From Minisyncoccota bacterium (GTDB lineage: Bacteria; Patescibacteriota; Minisyncoccia; Phycocordibacterales; GWA1-40-21), in the NCBI GenBank assembly GCA_041663045.1, contig JBAZRH010000002.1, forward strand, positions 193,946 to 257,945: DNA of 64,000 nucleotides, written 5' to 3'. Within the stretch, counting starts at the first letter, position 1, and every line of letters starts with the position of its first letter. This document shows positions 37,505 through 47,477 of the stretch, one piece after another. A model generated the notes under the pieces. The model saw only the letters and a program-made list of their open reading frames with translations. It had not been told where the DNA came from and did not search any database. Position numbers and translations under genes: made by a program.

Positions 37505-38269
37505 ATGGAAAATAATCATTACATTGAGATATTGAAGGAAATCGGGCTATCAGAGCATGAAAGTGCAGTGTATTTTACTATGGTTTCCCTTGGTCCTTCA
37601 CCAGTGCTTAAGATCGCCAGAACTTCAGATGTAAAAAGGACTACAATCTATTCGGTTATTGATTCATTGAAAGAGAAGGGTCTTGTCAGGGTAGAACTGA
37701 AAGGTTTCAAAAGTCTTTTTGTTGCCGAAAGTCCGGAAAAGCTGGAGGGAATACTTGAACAGAGAAAAAATAAATTCAAAAAGCATTTGCTCGACTTTAT
37801 GCAGATTTATAATAAAGGTGGTGGCGAGTCTCTTATCAAAATCTATGAAGGACTTGAAGCGGTGAAGGGGGTATACGAGAGTTTGATAAATGATATAAAA
37901 AATGGAGAAGATTATCTGATTGTATCCGATGCAGAGAAATGGTTTGCACTTGATAGAGATTATTTTATGGATTTTACCGAAAGGAGATCTAAATTACCGA
38001 TAAAGATAAGAATGCTTATTCAAGATAATGAAGATGCTCAATATTTAAAAAAATATCAGAAAAATTTTAACTATACGACGAGGATTTTGCCAAAAGAGAC
38101 AAAACTCACGACGAATTTGATCGTAACTCCGCAAAAAGCCGTGGTGCACCAGCTCGTTCCGCCGATAATGGCTATTGTGATTGAAAATAAAAATATTATC
38201 AAAATGCATCAAGAGATGTTTGAGGTGATGTGGAAGTCGCTCGAAGATAAGGAAAGTGTGGGGGATTAG
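37505..38269 (+). CDS. TrmB-family transcriptional regulator
   Basis: IGLSEHESAVY, VKRTTIYSVI, AESPE, IKIYEGLE. Confidence 0.87.
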   Translation: MENNHYIEILKEIGLSEHESAVYFTMVSLGPSPVLKIARTSDVKRTTIYSVIDSLKEKGLVRVELKGFKSLFVAESPEKLEGILEQRKNKFKKHLLDFMQIYNKGGGESLIKIYEGLEAVKGVYESLINDIKNGEDYLIVSDAEKWFALDRDYFMDFTERRSKLPIKIRMLIQDNEDAQYLKKYQKNFNYTTRILPKETKLTTNLIVTPQKAVVHQLVPPIMAIVIENKNIIKMHQEMFEVMWKSLEDKESVGD

Positions 38270-38397
38270 TATGGGGAAATACAAAGAGGGGTTTTTGCTT
38301 CGCAAAAACCCCTTTGTATTTTGTCCACATCTTATGTATTGACAATGTAATGACATTGTATATACTTATATTGTTATTGAGATAATTAATAAATAAT

Positions 38398-38667
38398 ATG
38401 ACTACAACAGTTCAAATAAGAATAGATGACAAAATAAAAAAGGAAATTCACAAACTTTATAAAAGTCTTGGTTTAGATATTTCTTCTGCTACGAAGATGT
38501 TTTATAGTCAGTCTTTGATGATGAAGGGTATTCCTTTTCAACCAAGAACCGCGAATGGTTTTACTCCTGAATATGAGGCTAGGATTATAAAGGAAACTGA
38601 ATGGGCAGAAAAACATGGTAAAAGATACAAAACTGTTGAGGAAATGTTTAAAGCATTAAATAAATAA
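38398..38667 (+). CDS. dinJ: RelB/DinJ-family antitoxin
   Basis: VQIRID, LGLDISSA, GIPF; promoter palindrome ACAATG-N6-CATTGT at 38342-38359. Confidence 0.85.
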   Translation: MTTTVQIRIDDKIKKEIHKLYKSLGLDISSATKMFYSQSLMMKGIPFQPRTANGFTPEYEARIIKETEWAEKHGKRYKTVEEMFKALNK

Positions 38668-38668
38668 T

Positions 38669-38947
38669 ATGCTCGAACTAGTATTTTCTAGACAGTATAA
38701 AAAGGCTTTCAAGAAAGTTATGAGATCAGGGAATTTCGACAAAGATAAATTAATGATATTAGTGGGGATATTAATGAAAGAGGAAAAATTAGATGAAAAA
38801 TACAAAGATCATGCACTAAATGGACCGCTTTCGGAGTACAGGGATTGTCATGTCTGTAATGATTTAATCTTAATATACAAAGTTAATAAAACTCTGGGGA
38901 CACTAACCCTTTCAAATATCGGCAGTCATTCGGATTTGTTTGAATAG
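38669..38947 (+). CDS. yafQ: YafQ-family mRNA interferase toxin
   Basis: YKDHALNG, RDCHV..DLILIY, IGSHSDLF. Confidence 0.88.
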   Translation: MLELVFSRQYKKAFKKVMRSGNFDKDKLMILVGILMKEEKLDEKYKDHALNGPLSEYRDCHVCNDLILIYKVNKTLGTLTLSNIGSHSDLFE

Positions 38948-38999
38948 GCGAGAGCATAAGAAAAAAACAACCGAAGTTCGCCATGGCGAACCTCGGTTG

Positions 39000-39320
39000 T
39001 TATGTTGTCTGTTTGGGCCATTTTGGACTTTTCACCGCCCATTCTATCTCATACATTGCATGTATATGAGACCAATATCTTCCTCCACATGCGGTACATC
39101 GCCATACAAAGGCTCCAAGATCCCAACAGATGTCTGCTCTCCATGGGGGATCGGTTGTGTAACCCACAACTCTTTCCATGAAATCTCTTGACCCACTATC
39201 TTGGTGACAATGTGGACATTGGTTCGGTCCGTGATCCTCTTTTCCAGTACAGCCTTCTCCCCAAGTGTTCAGCTGAGCTAAAAGCTCGGGATCGACTTCC
39301 TGTCTTGTTTCTAATGTCAT
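39000..39320 (-). CDS. Small zinc-ribbon protein (orphan cassette)
   Basis: CPHC...CTAC; AAGGAGG SD; TTGACA promoter. Confidence 0.65.
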   Translation of the reverse strand: MTLETRQEVDPELLAQLNTWGEGCTGKEDHGPNQCPHCHQDSGSRDFMERVVGYTTDPPWRADICWDLGAFVWRCTACGGRYWSHIHAMYEIEWAVKSPKWPKQTT

Positions 39321-39630
39321 AAAAAGACCTCCTTTTTCTAAATTGATACTACTACGACAATATCTAATTGTCAAATTTATAAAAATAAACAATCGTGCTA
39401 ATATAAAGGCGGAAAATTGCTATCGGCCGAACAAATTCTTATTTGTTTTAGGCCACAATTTTCCGCCTTTTAGTAGTGTGTTTGGTCTCTAAATAAGCAG
39501 GTTTTATCCGCCTTAGGTGGATTGATCTGAAATTTGGAGAGCAAACTATAATTTTCTGGATTCCAGCCTCCCCAGTGAAATAACAAATCAAATTTCACGG
39601 GGCAAGTCACCGGAATGACAGAGTAAAAAT

Positions 39631-41769
39631 ATGATAAAAAAAGAATTCTCAATGGAGCTCAACGGCAAGAAATTGTCGGCGGAGTTCAATGACCTTGTGG
39701 AGAATGCACATGGGTCTGTTTTGCTTAGATACGGAAATACAGTTATCCTCGCGACAGCTGTTATTTCAAAGGAGCCAAAAATGGGGGGCGATTATCTTCC
39801 GCTCACGGTAGATTATGAAGAAAAGTTTTATGCCTCAGGACAGATTCTTGGTAGCCGATTTATGAAGAGAGAAGGTAAACCTTCTGACGAAGCTATTTTG
39901 TCTGGTCGCGTGGTAGATAGGACTATCCGCCCGCTTTTTGACCAATGGATTCGAAATGAAATACAAGTGGTGGTCACGATTCTCTCCATTGAGGAGGATG
40001 ATCCAGATGTACTTGGAGTTGTCGCCGCGTCTCTTGCTCTTGGAGTTTCAAAGATTCCATTCCACGGGCCAGTTTCAGCTGTCAGAATCGGCAAACACAA
40101 AGCAGATGGTTTCCAAGTAAACCCAACATATACAGAAAGAGAAAATGAAAATTATGAAATTGACCTTATCGCCTGCGGAAAAGACGGAAATATAAATATG
40201 ATAGAGCTTGGCGGAGATGAAGCCCAGGAAAATGTGATCGTGGATGCCATGGAAAAAGCATCTGAAGAAATTGAAAAAATAAATGAATGGCAGAAGTCCG
40301 TCATAAAAGAAATCGGTGTTCAAAAACTTTCTATTCCAGCTCCGGTGATGCCAGAAGAAGTGAAAAAACTTTTTGCAACAGAAATTGAACCAAAACTCGA
40401 AAGCTATGTAATGAGTGGTATTCCTGGCGGGTCAAAAATAGGAGAAATAATGGATATTTGGATGAAACTTGCAGAAGAAAAGCTTCCTGAAGTTGATTCG
40501 CATTTTGCCGAATCTTTATTTGAAGGAAAAGTGGACGAAATGATACACGAGCAGGCTTTGAAAAATAATAAAAGAGCAGATGGAAGGGGAATAGATGAGC
40601 TCCGACCTCTTTTTGCACAAGCTGGCGGGATTTCGCCGATACTTCATGGCTCTGGAATATTTTACAGAGGAGGAACACATATTCTTACCGCACTAACACT
40701 TGGTGGGCCAAGCGATGCACAGATAATAAACGGTATGGAAGAGAGTAATGATGCAAAAAGATTTATGCACCATTACAATTTCCCTCCATATTCAACAGGT
40801 GAAACAGGTAGAATGGGTGGAACAAATAGAAGAATGATCGGTCATGGAGCCCTCGCAGAAAAAGCCCTTGAGCCAATGATTCCAAAACAAGATAAATTCC
40901 CTTATACGATAAGGCTTGTTTCTGAAGCGATGTCTTCAAACGGCTCGACTTCGATGGGATCTGTTTGTGCTTCCACAATCGCTCTTATGGATGGAGGAGT
41001 GCCGATAAAAGCACCTGTTGCTGGTATTGCATCAGGTCTTATGATGGATGATAAAGGGAATTATAAAGTGCTTACGGATATTCAAGGCCCAGAGGATCAT
41101 TATGGAGATATGGATTTTAAAGTTGCGGGGACAAAGAGCGGTGTCACAGCGATACAAATGGATGTGAAAGTTTCTGGTGTACCTATTCCAGCTCTTGCCG
41201 AAGCATTTGAAAAAGCAAAGGCAGCGAGATTAAAAATATTGGATGTCATCTTGAAAGCAATCCCTGAATCAAGGAAAGATATTGCTTCGAGTGCGCCAAA
41301 GATTTTGGTTATAAAGATTAAACAAGAACAAATCGGTGGAATAATCGGTAGCGGTGGAAAGACGATTAAAGAAATAAAAGAAAAAACTGGTGCAGATATT
41401 GATATTGAAGATGACGGCACTGTGTATTGTACTGGAAAAGACGGCTCTGCAGAAAAAGCAAAGAAAATTATTGAGGGGATGACCCATGAATACAAAGCGG
41501 GGGAGAGATATGAGGGAGAGGTTGTGAAGATCACTGAATTCGGAGCTTTCGTGAAGATTGGGTATAACACCGAAGGTCTTGTGCATATTTCTGAAATTGC
41601 GCCTTTCAGAGTGGACAGAGTTGAGAAATATCTGAGAGTTGGGCAGAAGGTGCCGATCATGGTGAAGGGTATAGATGAAAGAGAGAGGGTAAGTCTTTCT
41701 ATCAAAATGGCGGATCCGAAATTGTTTAGTGCGCCAGCTGCGGCTACGCCGATACCGCCAGCGAAATAA
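39631..41769 (+). CDS. pnp: Polyribonucleotide nucleotidyltransferase
   Basis: Two RNase PH domains, SNGSTSMGS, GDMDFKVAG, KH, S1. Confidence 0.97.
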   Translation: MIKKEFSMELNGKKLSAEFNDLVENAHGSVLLRYGNTVILATAVISKEPKMGGDYLPLTVDYEEKFYASGQILGSRFMKREGKPSDEAILSGRVVDRTIRPLFDQWIRNEIQVVVTILSIEEDDPDVLGVVAASLALGVSKIPFHGPVSAVRIGKHKADGFQVNPTYTERENENYEIDLIACGKDGNINMIELGGDEAQENVIVDAMEKASEEIEKINEWQKSVIKEIGVQKLSIPAPVMPEEVKKLFATEIEPKLESYVMSGIPGGSKIGEIMDIWMKLAEEKLPEVDSHFAESLFEGKVDEMIHEQALKNNKRADGRGIDELRPLFAQAGGISPILHGSGIFYRGGTHILTALTLGGPSDAQIINGMEESNDAKRFMHHYNFPPYSTGETGRMGGTNRRMIGHGALAEKALEPMIPKQDKFPYTIRLVSEAMSSNGSTSMGSVCASTIALMDGGVPIKAPVAGIASGLMMDDKGNYKVLTDIQGPEDHYGDMDFKVAGTKSGVTAIQMDVKVSGVPIPALAEAFEKAKAARLKILDVILKAIPESRKDIASSAPKILVIKIKQEQIGGIIGSGGKTIKEIKEKTGADIDIEDDGTVYCTGKDGSAEKAKKIIEGMTHEYKAGERYEGEVVKITEFGAFVKIGYNTEGLVHISEIAPFRVDRVEKYLRVGQKVPIMVKGIDERERVSLSIKMADPKLFSAPAAATPIPPAK

Positions 41770-41953
41770 ACACTCACTCAATACCGCCCTTTTTGGAACA
41801 CGCATAATTTTCTGCTGAAAATTTGCTCCCTCTCATGCCGTCGCATTCCGAGAGTTTCCAAAAAGGGCGGTATTTCGTTCATTAACTAAATTCAGGCGGG
41901 TTTGGCTTCGCCAAACCCGCCTGAATTTAGTATAATATAGTTGATAAACTACC

Positions 41954-43006
41954 ATGAATCCAGAAGATCAAAAAGTTGAAGAAAATAATGTATCTCCGGA
42001 AGTCAAAAGTGCTGTCTCCAGCGAACTTTCTTCTTATATGAACCCTCATCTAAGTACAGACATACCTACAGCTTCTCAATCAACACCAATAGGATCCATA
42101 AATACCAACGCGCCATTTATTGAGCAACAAGGTATAAAGTCTAAACCCATGATCAGGACTTTTAAAAGTGATGTAGAAGAGACAATACAGTCCCAACATC
42201 TCTCTTCTATAAATATTGCTCTTGCTGAAAACAAAAAGATGATGGAAAGAATACAAAATGCCGAGTTTGAACAAAAAACAGCAAAGAAGAATTATACTAT
42301 TTTAATAATCAGTACAATATTTATTGTGGGTGGCATCTTGGCATTTGCTGTACCATACTTTTTGGTAAATAGACAAAACACAGCTCCGGTTGTGCAGGTA
42401 AAATCAACAATGATAATAACTCCAGATCTTGATGAAAAGATAAATGTGGATGGATTAAATTTAGATAGAATCGCCTCTACTTTGTCTGAAAGAGTAGAAC
42501 AATCGTCAATACGACTTGGAGGTATTAAAAATCTTTATCTTACCGAAGGTCAAGCTGTAAATGAAAAGACTATAGATACTACAAAATTCTTATATCTTAT
42601 AAAATCACACACTCCCCCTGAAATACTGAGGACATTAAAACCTGAATATATGTTTGGAATGCATAATTTTAATGGAAATCAGAGATTTCTGATATTAAAA
42701 GTAGGTTCCTACGAAAATTCTTTCTCTGGGATGCTTGCTTGGGAGACAAATCTTTGGTCAGATTTTAAGACCTTATTTGCATTACCCACGATTATACAAA
42801 GCGGTCAGATAAAAGGTATTGAAATAGCGACATTTCAAGATGCGATATATAGTAATAAAGATAGCCGTGTAGTAAAAAATTCTTCCGGAAACATTATGTT
42901 CCTATATTCGATAATAGATAAAGATACTATTGTTATTACTACGAATACAAAAACTTTGAATGAAATAATTTCAAGAAGCTTGAAAGCACAGACGGTTACA
43001 CAGTAG
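41954..43006 (+). CDS. Hypothetical single-TM protein
   Basis: IRTFKSD motif, central TM segment, GMLAWE. Confidence 0.75.
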   Translation: MNPEDQKVEENNVSPEVKSAVSSELSSYMNPHLSTDIPTASQSTPIGSINTNAPFIEQQGIKSKPMIRTFKSDVEETIQSQHLSSINIALAENKKMMERIQNAEFEQKTAKKNYTILIISTIFIVGGILAFAVPYFLVNRQNTAPVVQVKSTMIITPDLDEKINVDGLNLDRIASTLSERVEQSSIRLGGIKNLYLTEGQAVNEKTIDTTKFLYLIKSHTPPEILRTLKPEYMFGMHNFNGNQRFLILKVGSYENSFSGMLAWETNLWSDFKTLFALPTIIQSGQIKGIEIATFQDAIYSNKDSRVVKNSSGNIMFLYSIIDKDTIVITTNTKTLNEIISRSLKAQTVTQ

Positions 43007-43041
43007 TTGCTCGTATTATTTAATCTGATACAATTTCTTAT

Positions 43042-43401
43042 ATGAATATAGATACAAAAAGATATAAATTACAGTTGGAAAAAGAGTTTAAACTTGTAGA
43101 AGGTGAACTTAGAGCGATAGGGAGAAAGAATCCTTCAAACCCAGCCGACTGGGAAGCGGTTGAGACAGAAATAGATTCTGATCATGCAGATGTAAATGAT
43201 GTGGCAGACAATATTGAAAGTTACGAGGAGAATCGTGCCGTATTGTCTAAACTAGAGAATCAGTACAATGATATCAAAGATGCGCTGAAGAGAGTTGCTG
43301 ACGGTACTTACGGCAAGTGTAGTGTTTGCGGGGAAGAAATTCCAGAGGCAAGACTAGAAGCGAATCCGAGCGCGAAGAATTGTATAAAGCATACGAAATA
43401 A
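43042..43401 (+). CDS. TraR/DksA zinc-finger protein
   Basis: D..D coiled-coil tip, GTYGKCSVCGEEI..RLEANP.A..C..H. Confidence 0.88.
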   Translation: MNIDTKRYKLQLEKEFKLVEGELRAIGRKNPSNPADWEAVETEIDSDHADVNDVADNIESYEENRAVLSKLENQYNDIKDALKRVADGTYGKCSVCGEEIPEARLEANPSAKNCIKHTK

Positions 43402-43452
43402 TATTTAAAATACAATGGGGGGCGCGAAGCGCCCCCCCATTGTATTTTTCTT

Positions 43453-43689
43453 TTACATTGGAAAATCATCCAACATTCCATCCCCAACCATTTGTCTTTC
43501 CAGATTATCTTTTGCCTTTTTAGCCGATTCAATATTAGCCTTAATCGTTGATGTATCTTTTTTATCTCTTATCGCTTTTAATAAAGCCATTTCTAAATCA
43601 ATAATCTCTCTATTTACAGTAATAAGAGATTTCTCTATTCTCTCTCTTTCTTCAGCATCTGGCAATTTTGTCCCGACTTCTTCATTCAT
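43453..43689 (-). CDS. Small coiled-coil hypothetical protein
   Basis: Start placed at MNEEVG; convergent terminator at 43408-43450. Confidence 0.55.
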   Translation of the reverse strand: MNEEVGTKLPDAEERERIEKSLITVNREIIDLEMALLKAIRDKKDTSTIKANIESAKKAKDNLERQMVGDGMLDDFPM

Positions 43690-43875
43690 AATACAACTAT
43701 AATAACTCTTATATAAAATATAGGCAAATCCACTTTTATATATGATATAATATTTCTTGTTATTCAATTTAATTGAAGCGGATTTATCCGATCAACCCCA
43801 GTGAAATATGCCATCTACGTCGGCATTTCACGGGGTGATGATTTTTATATTCGCTTCACTCATTAAAAATCAATC

Positions 43876-45477
43876 ATGTCCTTTGCAAAAACTTTTAGCG
43901 CACAGACCGTCGGTTTGGGTGCAGAAATTATTGATGTAGAAGTTGATTTATCAAAAGGTTTACACTCCTTCTCTATTGTGGGCCTCGGAGATAAAGCAGT
44001 AGAAGAGTCACGTGATAGAGTTTCGGCTTCTATTAAAAATTGCGGTTACAAATCTCCTAAAAATAAGAATCAGAAAGTTGTTGTTTCACTAGCTCCAGCA
44101 GATGTTCGCAAAGAAGGTCCGGCTTTTGACGTAGCCATATCACTTGCATACCTTTTGGCGGATGGGGAGATCAAATTTGATTCAAAGAAGAAACTTTTTC
44201 TTGGCGAGCTTTCTCTTGATGGCAAACTTAGGAAAATAAATGGCGTTTTGCCGATTGTGGCAGAGGCAAAAAGGCGAGGTTTTGAGGAGGTCTTTTTGCC
44301 AAAAGAGAATACAAAAGAAGCAGCGCTAGTCTCTGATATAAATATTTATGGTGCAGAAAATCTGGGGCAGATAATCGGCCACTTGGATGAAGGCGATGCT
44401 CCAAGAAAAGGGAAGTCAAGAGAAATTGACCCAGAGACTTTTGAAGCAGAAGATGAATTTATTTCGCAGAAAATAAATCCAGAACCGCAGACAGAGATTC
44501 TCGTAGAAGAAGACGAAGCTATAATAGATTTTAGTGAAATCAAAGGTCAGGAAACTGCCAAAAGAGGGCTTGAAATAGCCGCCGCTGGCGGACACAATAT
44601 CGCTATGTATGGGCCACCGGGGACAGGCAAGACAATGCTTGCAAAAGCATTTAGTCATATTCTTCCACCACTTTCTTTCGATGAAATACTGGAGATAACA
44701 GCCATACATTCTGTGTCTGGAAATCTGAAAAAAGATATTATTTCGAAACCTCCCGTCCGCGCACCACATCATACCTCTTCTTATGTTTCACTTGTCGGTG
44801 GAGGCACAGTGCCAAAGCCTGGGGAGGTGACACTTGCTCATGGCGGAGTGCTTTTCTTGGATGAATTTCCAGAATTTGATAGGAAAGTTATTGAAGCACT
44901 CCGTGAACCACTTGAAGAAGGGGAGATCACTATCTCTCGTGCCCGAGGTTCACATGCTTTCCCTGCCAATTTTATTCTCATCGCCGCCATGAATCCGTGC
45001 CCTTGTGGAAACTTTGGCTCAAAGACAAAAGAGTGTATTTGTAAGCCGACAGATTTGCTTCGATATCAGAGGAAAATCTCTGGGCCGATAGTGGACAGAA
45101 TAGATATGTGGGTGGAAGTCTCGCAGATAAATTATGAAAAGCTCGGTGAGAAAGAAAATATTAAAAAAGAGACGGCCGATATAAAAAAGAGGGTGACAAA
45201 AGCGAGAGAAATCCAAAAAGAGAGATTTACTGCTGGAAAGAGAAAAATTCGCACAAATAGCGAAATGGAAGCCAAAGATATTTTGAAACTTGCCGACTTG
45301 GAAGACAAAGCTAAAGGTATTTTAATTTCTTCCGCAAGAAAGCTAGATCTTTCTGCTCGTGCATATCACAGGGTTATAAAACTCGCGAGAACCATTGCTG
45401 ATCTTGAAGGGAGTGAAAGTATAAAGACAAATCATATCTTGGAGGCGTTGCAGTATAGGCCGAAGAGGAATCAATAA
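43876..45477 (+). CDS. comM: ComM/YifB Mg-chelatase-like AAA+ ATPase
   Basis: GPPGTGKT, RAPHH, LAHGGVLFLDE, NPCPCG, DRID. Confidence 0.93.
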   Translation: MSFAKTFSAQTVGLGAEIIDVEVDLSKGLHSFSIVGLGDKAVEESRDRVSASIKNCGYKSPKNKNQKVVVSLAPADVRKEGPAFDVAISLAYLLADGEIKFDSKKKLFLGELSLDGKLRKINGVLPIVAEAKRRGFEEVFLPKENTKEAALVSDINIYGAENLGQIIGHLDEGDAPRKGKSREIDPETFEAEDEFISQKINPEPQTEILVEEDEAIIDFSEIKGQETAKRGLEIAAAGGHNIAMYGPPGTGKTMLAKAFSHILPPLSFDEILEITAIHSVSGNLKKDIISKPPVRAPHHTSSYVSLVGGGTVPKPGEVTLAHGGVLFLDEFPEFDRKVIEALREPLEEGEITISRARGSHAFPANFILIAAMNPCPCGNFGSKTKECICKPTDLLRYQRKISGPIVDRIDMWVEVSQINYEKLGEKENIKKETADIKKRVTKAREIQKERFTAGKRKIRTNSEMEAKDILKLADLEDKAKGILISSARKLDLSARAYHRVIKLARTIADLEGSESIKTNHILEALQYRPKRNQ

Positions 45478-45487
45478 GAACTCCCTC

Positions 45488-45646
45488 GCATCACCACTTT
45501 TCTGTGCGGAGAATTTCCCAGCGGAAATTCTCCTAATCCTCGGCGGTTTCCGTCGTGGTATACTTTTGTTTCAAGACATACTTTCAACAAAATTACACCA
45601 CGCCGTACCGGCAAACTCGCCTGCGGACACAGAAAAGTGGTGATAC
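45488..45646. repeat. Long nested palindromic element after comM
   Basis: ATCACCACTTTTCTGTG...CACAGAAAAGTGGTGAT outer stem with internal hairpins. Confidence 0.75.
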
Positions 45647-46067
45647 TCGGTCGTAGACTTGCAGATACTGAGAAGTGTTCTGATTTTACTTGGGGTTCTC
45701 GGCAATGATGAAAAATGGTGATATTCGCTCGCTTACAGAATTTGGAGGTCTCTCCTCTCTGGTAATTTTGCCTGCCCCGTAGTGAGCTTGCTCTACTACT
45801 TGGGGAGGTGAGACCTCCGAATTGCCACCCCTAACAAAAATATTTTCAATGCAAATCCTCGCTCGCTTATGGAGGGGCAAATCCCTTGACGCACTGTCAT
45901 AATATGATATGCTTTTATATAGATTTATAGCTCCTTGAAAGATAGTGAGATTAGATTTTTGTGACCAAAATATTGGTTATAAAAATCTAATCTCATTAAA
46001 AAAGAGACAAGACGCTAACGTCAGAGCGAAATCTGGCATAACGCAGAAGAAAGAAAGGATGGCTCCG

Positions 46068-46991
46068 ATGTCAACAAAAACATTGGCTCCGTCAGTAGTG
46101 ACCGATCGGGATCCGAAGGGTATGAAGTTCATGGCGATCTGTGCTGCGGCCTACAACAGGGCGGGCCTTAGCCAAGAAGAAGCCCAGCGTGTAAATGAAA
46201 CACCCGGTCTATCAGGCTTGGTGGATCGCTATATCGCGGAGAATCGTGTCCCGAACGAGTTCAAGGGAGAAGAAGTGCCGTCGAAATACGGCTACCTCTC
46301 GGGTTACAAGAAGCCAGACGAAGTGTATATTCAGTGCAAGTTACTTCATGTGTTTTTCCCAGATCTGGGTTCAGCTCCGGCTGGAACAGAAGACTCGCGA
46401 ATCGTCCATCAGTTTGGTCTCGGCAATATTGCCGGTATACCTCTCGCTGAAGGATGGTTTGCCATTCCGAATTGGATGAAGAATCCGCAAATCTTTGGCA
46501 AAACCTATGCCGAAGCCGTGCAGAAGGTGCTCGACATGATCAAGGAAGCTCGCGGGCGGTTGTACAACTACCGCGAAGGTTCGATCGATGAAGCGCATCT
46601 GCGCCAGTCGGCTCGATCCCTCGAGGCATGGAAGAATATCGCCGAAGAGCAAGGCAATCCGGATATTCTGATTGTCGCCGGCCAGTTTGGTCTGCGTCAT
46701 CGGGGACGTTCGGTTCGTCGGGCGCTCGCAGTCATGCCGAAGCAAGGCGAGTTCGGTTTTGGAGCCTTCGCTGTCGGTTGCATGTTTTTGGTGCATCCGA
46801 ATCGCCTGCAGAATTACGACGATCTCTGGATCGATTGCAGTGGCGACGAGTGGAGTCCGGATGGCGATGGTAAGTTCTCGCTCGCGCCCTACTTCGGCTT
46901 CCGCGACGACGGGGTGGAGTTCGACGCGTGTGGTGTCAGCAATGCGGGCGGCTACTGCGGTTCCGCCTCTGGGTTCTTCCCGCAAAGCTGA
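46068..46991 (+). CDS. Hypothetical protein, visibly GC-rich (orphan cassette)
   Basis: TTGACG promoter at about 45886, GCTCCTTGAAA, AAAGGA SD; C-terminal HPNRL..IDCSGD..GSASGF. Confidence 0.75.
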   Translation: MSTKTLAPSVVTDRDPKGMKFMAICAAAYNRAGLSQEEAQRVNETPGLSGLVDRYIAENRVPNEFKGEEVPSKYGYLSGYKKPDEVYIQCKLLHVFFPDLGSAPAGTEDSRIVHQFGLGNIAGIPLAEGWFAIPNWMKNPQIFGKTYAEAVQKVLDMIKEARGRLYNYREGSIDEAHLRQSARSLEAWKNIAEEQGNPDILIVAGQFGLRHRGRSVRRALAVMPKQGEFGFGAFAVGCMFLVHPNRLQNYDDLWIDCSGDEWSPDGDGKFSLAPYFGFRDDGVEFDACGVSNAGGYCGSASGFFPQS

Positions 46992-47071
46992 AACTTGTCT
47001 CTTGAATTCCTTTCGCTGTAAGGTGAAAGAAAGCTACGAGGGCTATTTACATTTCCAGTGTAGGTAGCCTT

Positions 47072-47473
47072 TTATTTTATATTTATCAAGGCTTCTATAA
47101 TTTTCTCTTTATTCCCCTTAAAATCCTTTTTATCCCCCCTTGTCGTCTTTGGATCAGGAATCACCCAGATGTGCGCGTGGGGGACTTCTTCACCGACGAT
47201 TTGGCAACGGACCATATCAATATTGAAAACTTTTTTCTGTGCCAGAGCGATTTTCCTCACAACTTCAAAATATTCTCCGATATTTGGGGACACTTGTCTG
47301 CCTGCGGGCAGATCCCAAACCCATCTATAATGCTCCTTCGGTATTACAAGGGCGTGGCCAGGAGAAAGCGGTCTTATATCCATAAAAGCCAGAAAGCCGG
47401 CATCTTCATAGACTTTTTCCGCCGGTATTTCTCCAGCCACTATTTTACAAAAAATGCAATTTGGGTCTTTCAT
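47072..47473 (-). CDS. HIT-family protein
   Basis: CIFCKI, PGHALVIPK, VPHAHIW. Confidence 0.9.
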   Translation of the reverse strand: MKDPNCIFCKIVAGEIPAEKVYEDAGFLAFMDIRPLSPGHALVIPKEHYRWVWDLPAGRQVSPNIGEYFEVVRKIALAQKKVFNIDMVRCQIVGEEVPHAHIWVIPDPKTTRGDKKDFKGNKEKIIEALINIK

Positions 47474-47477
47474 TTCA

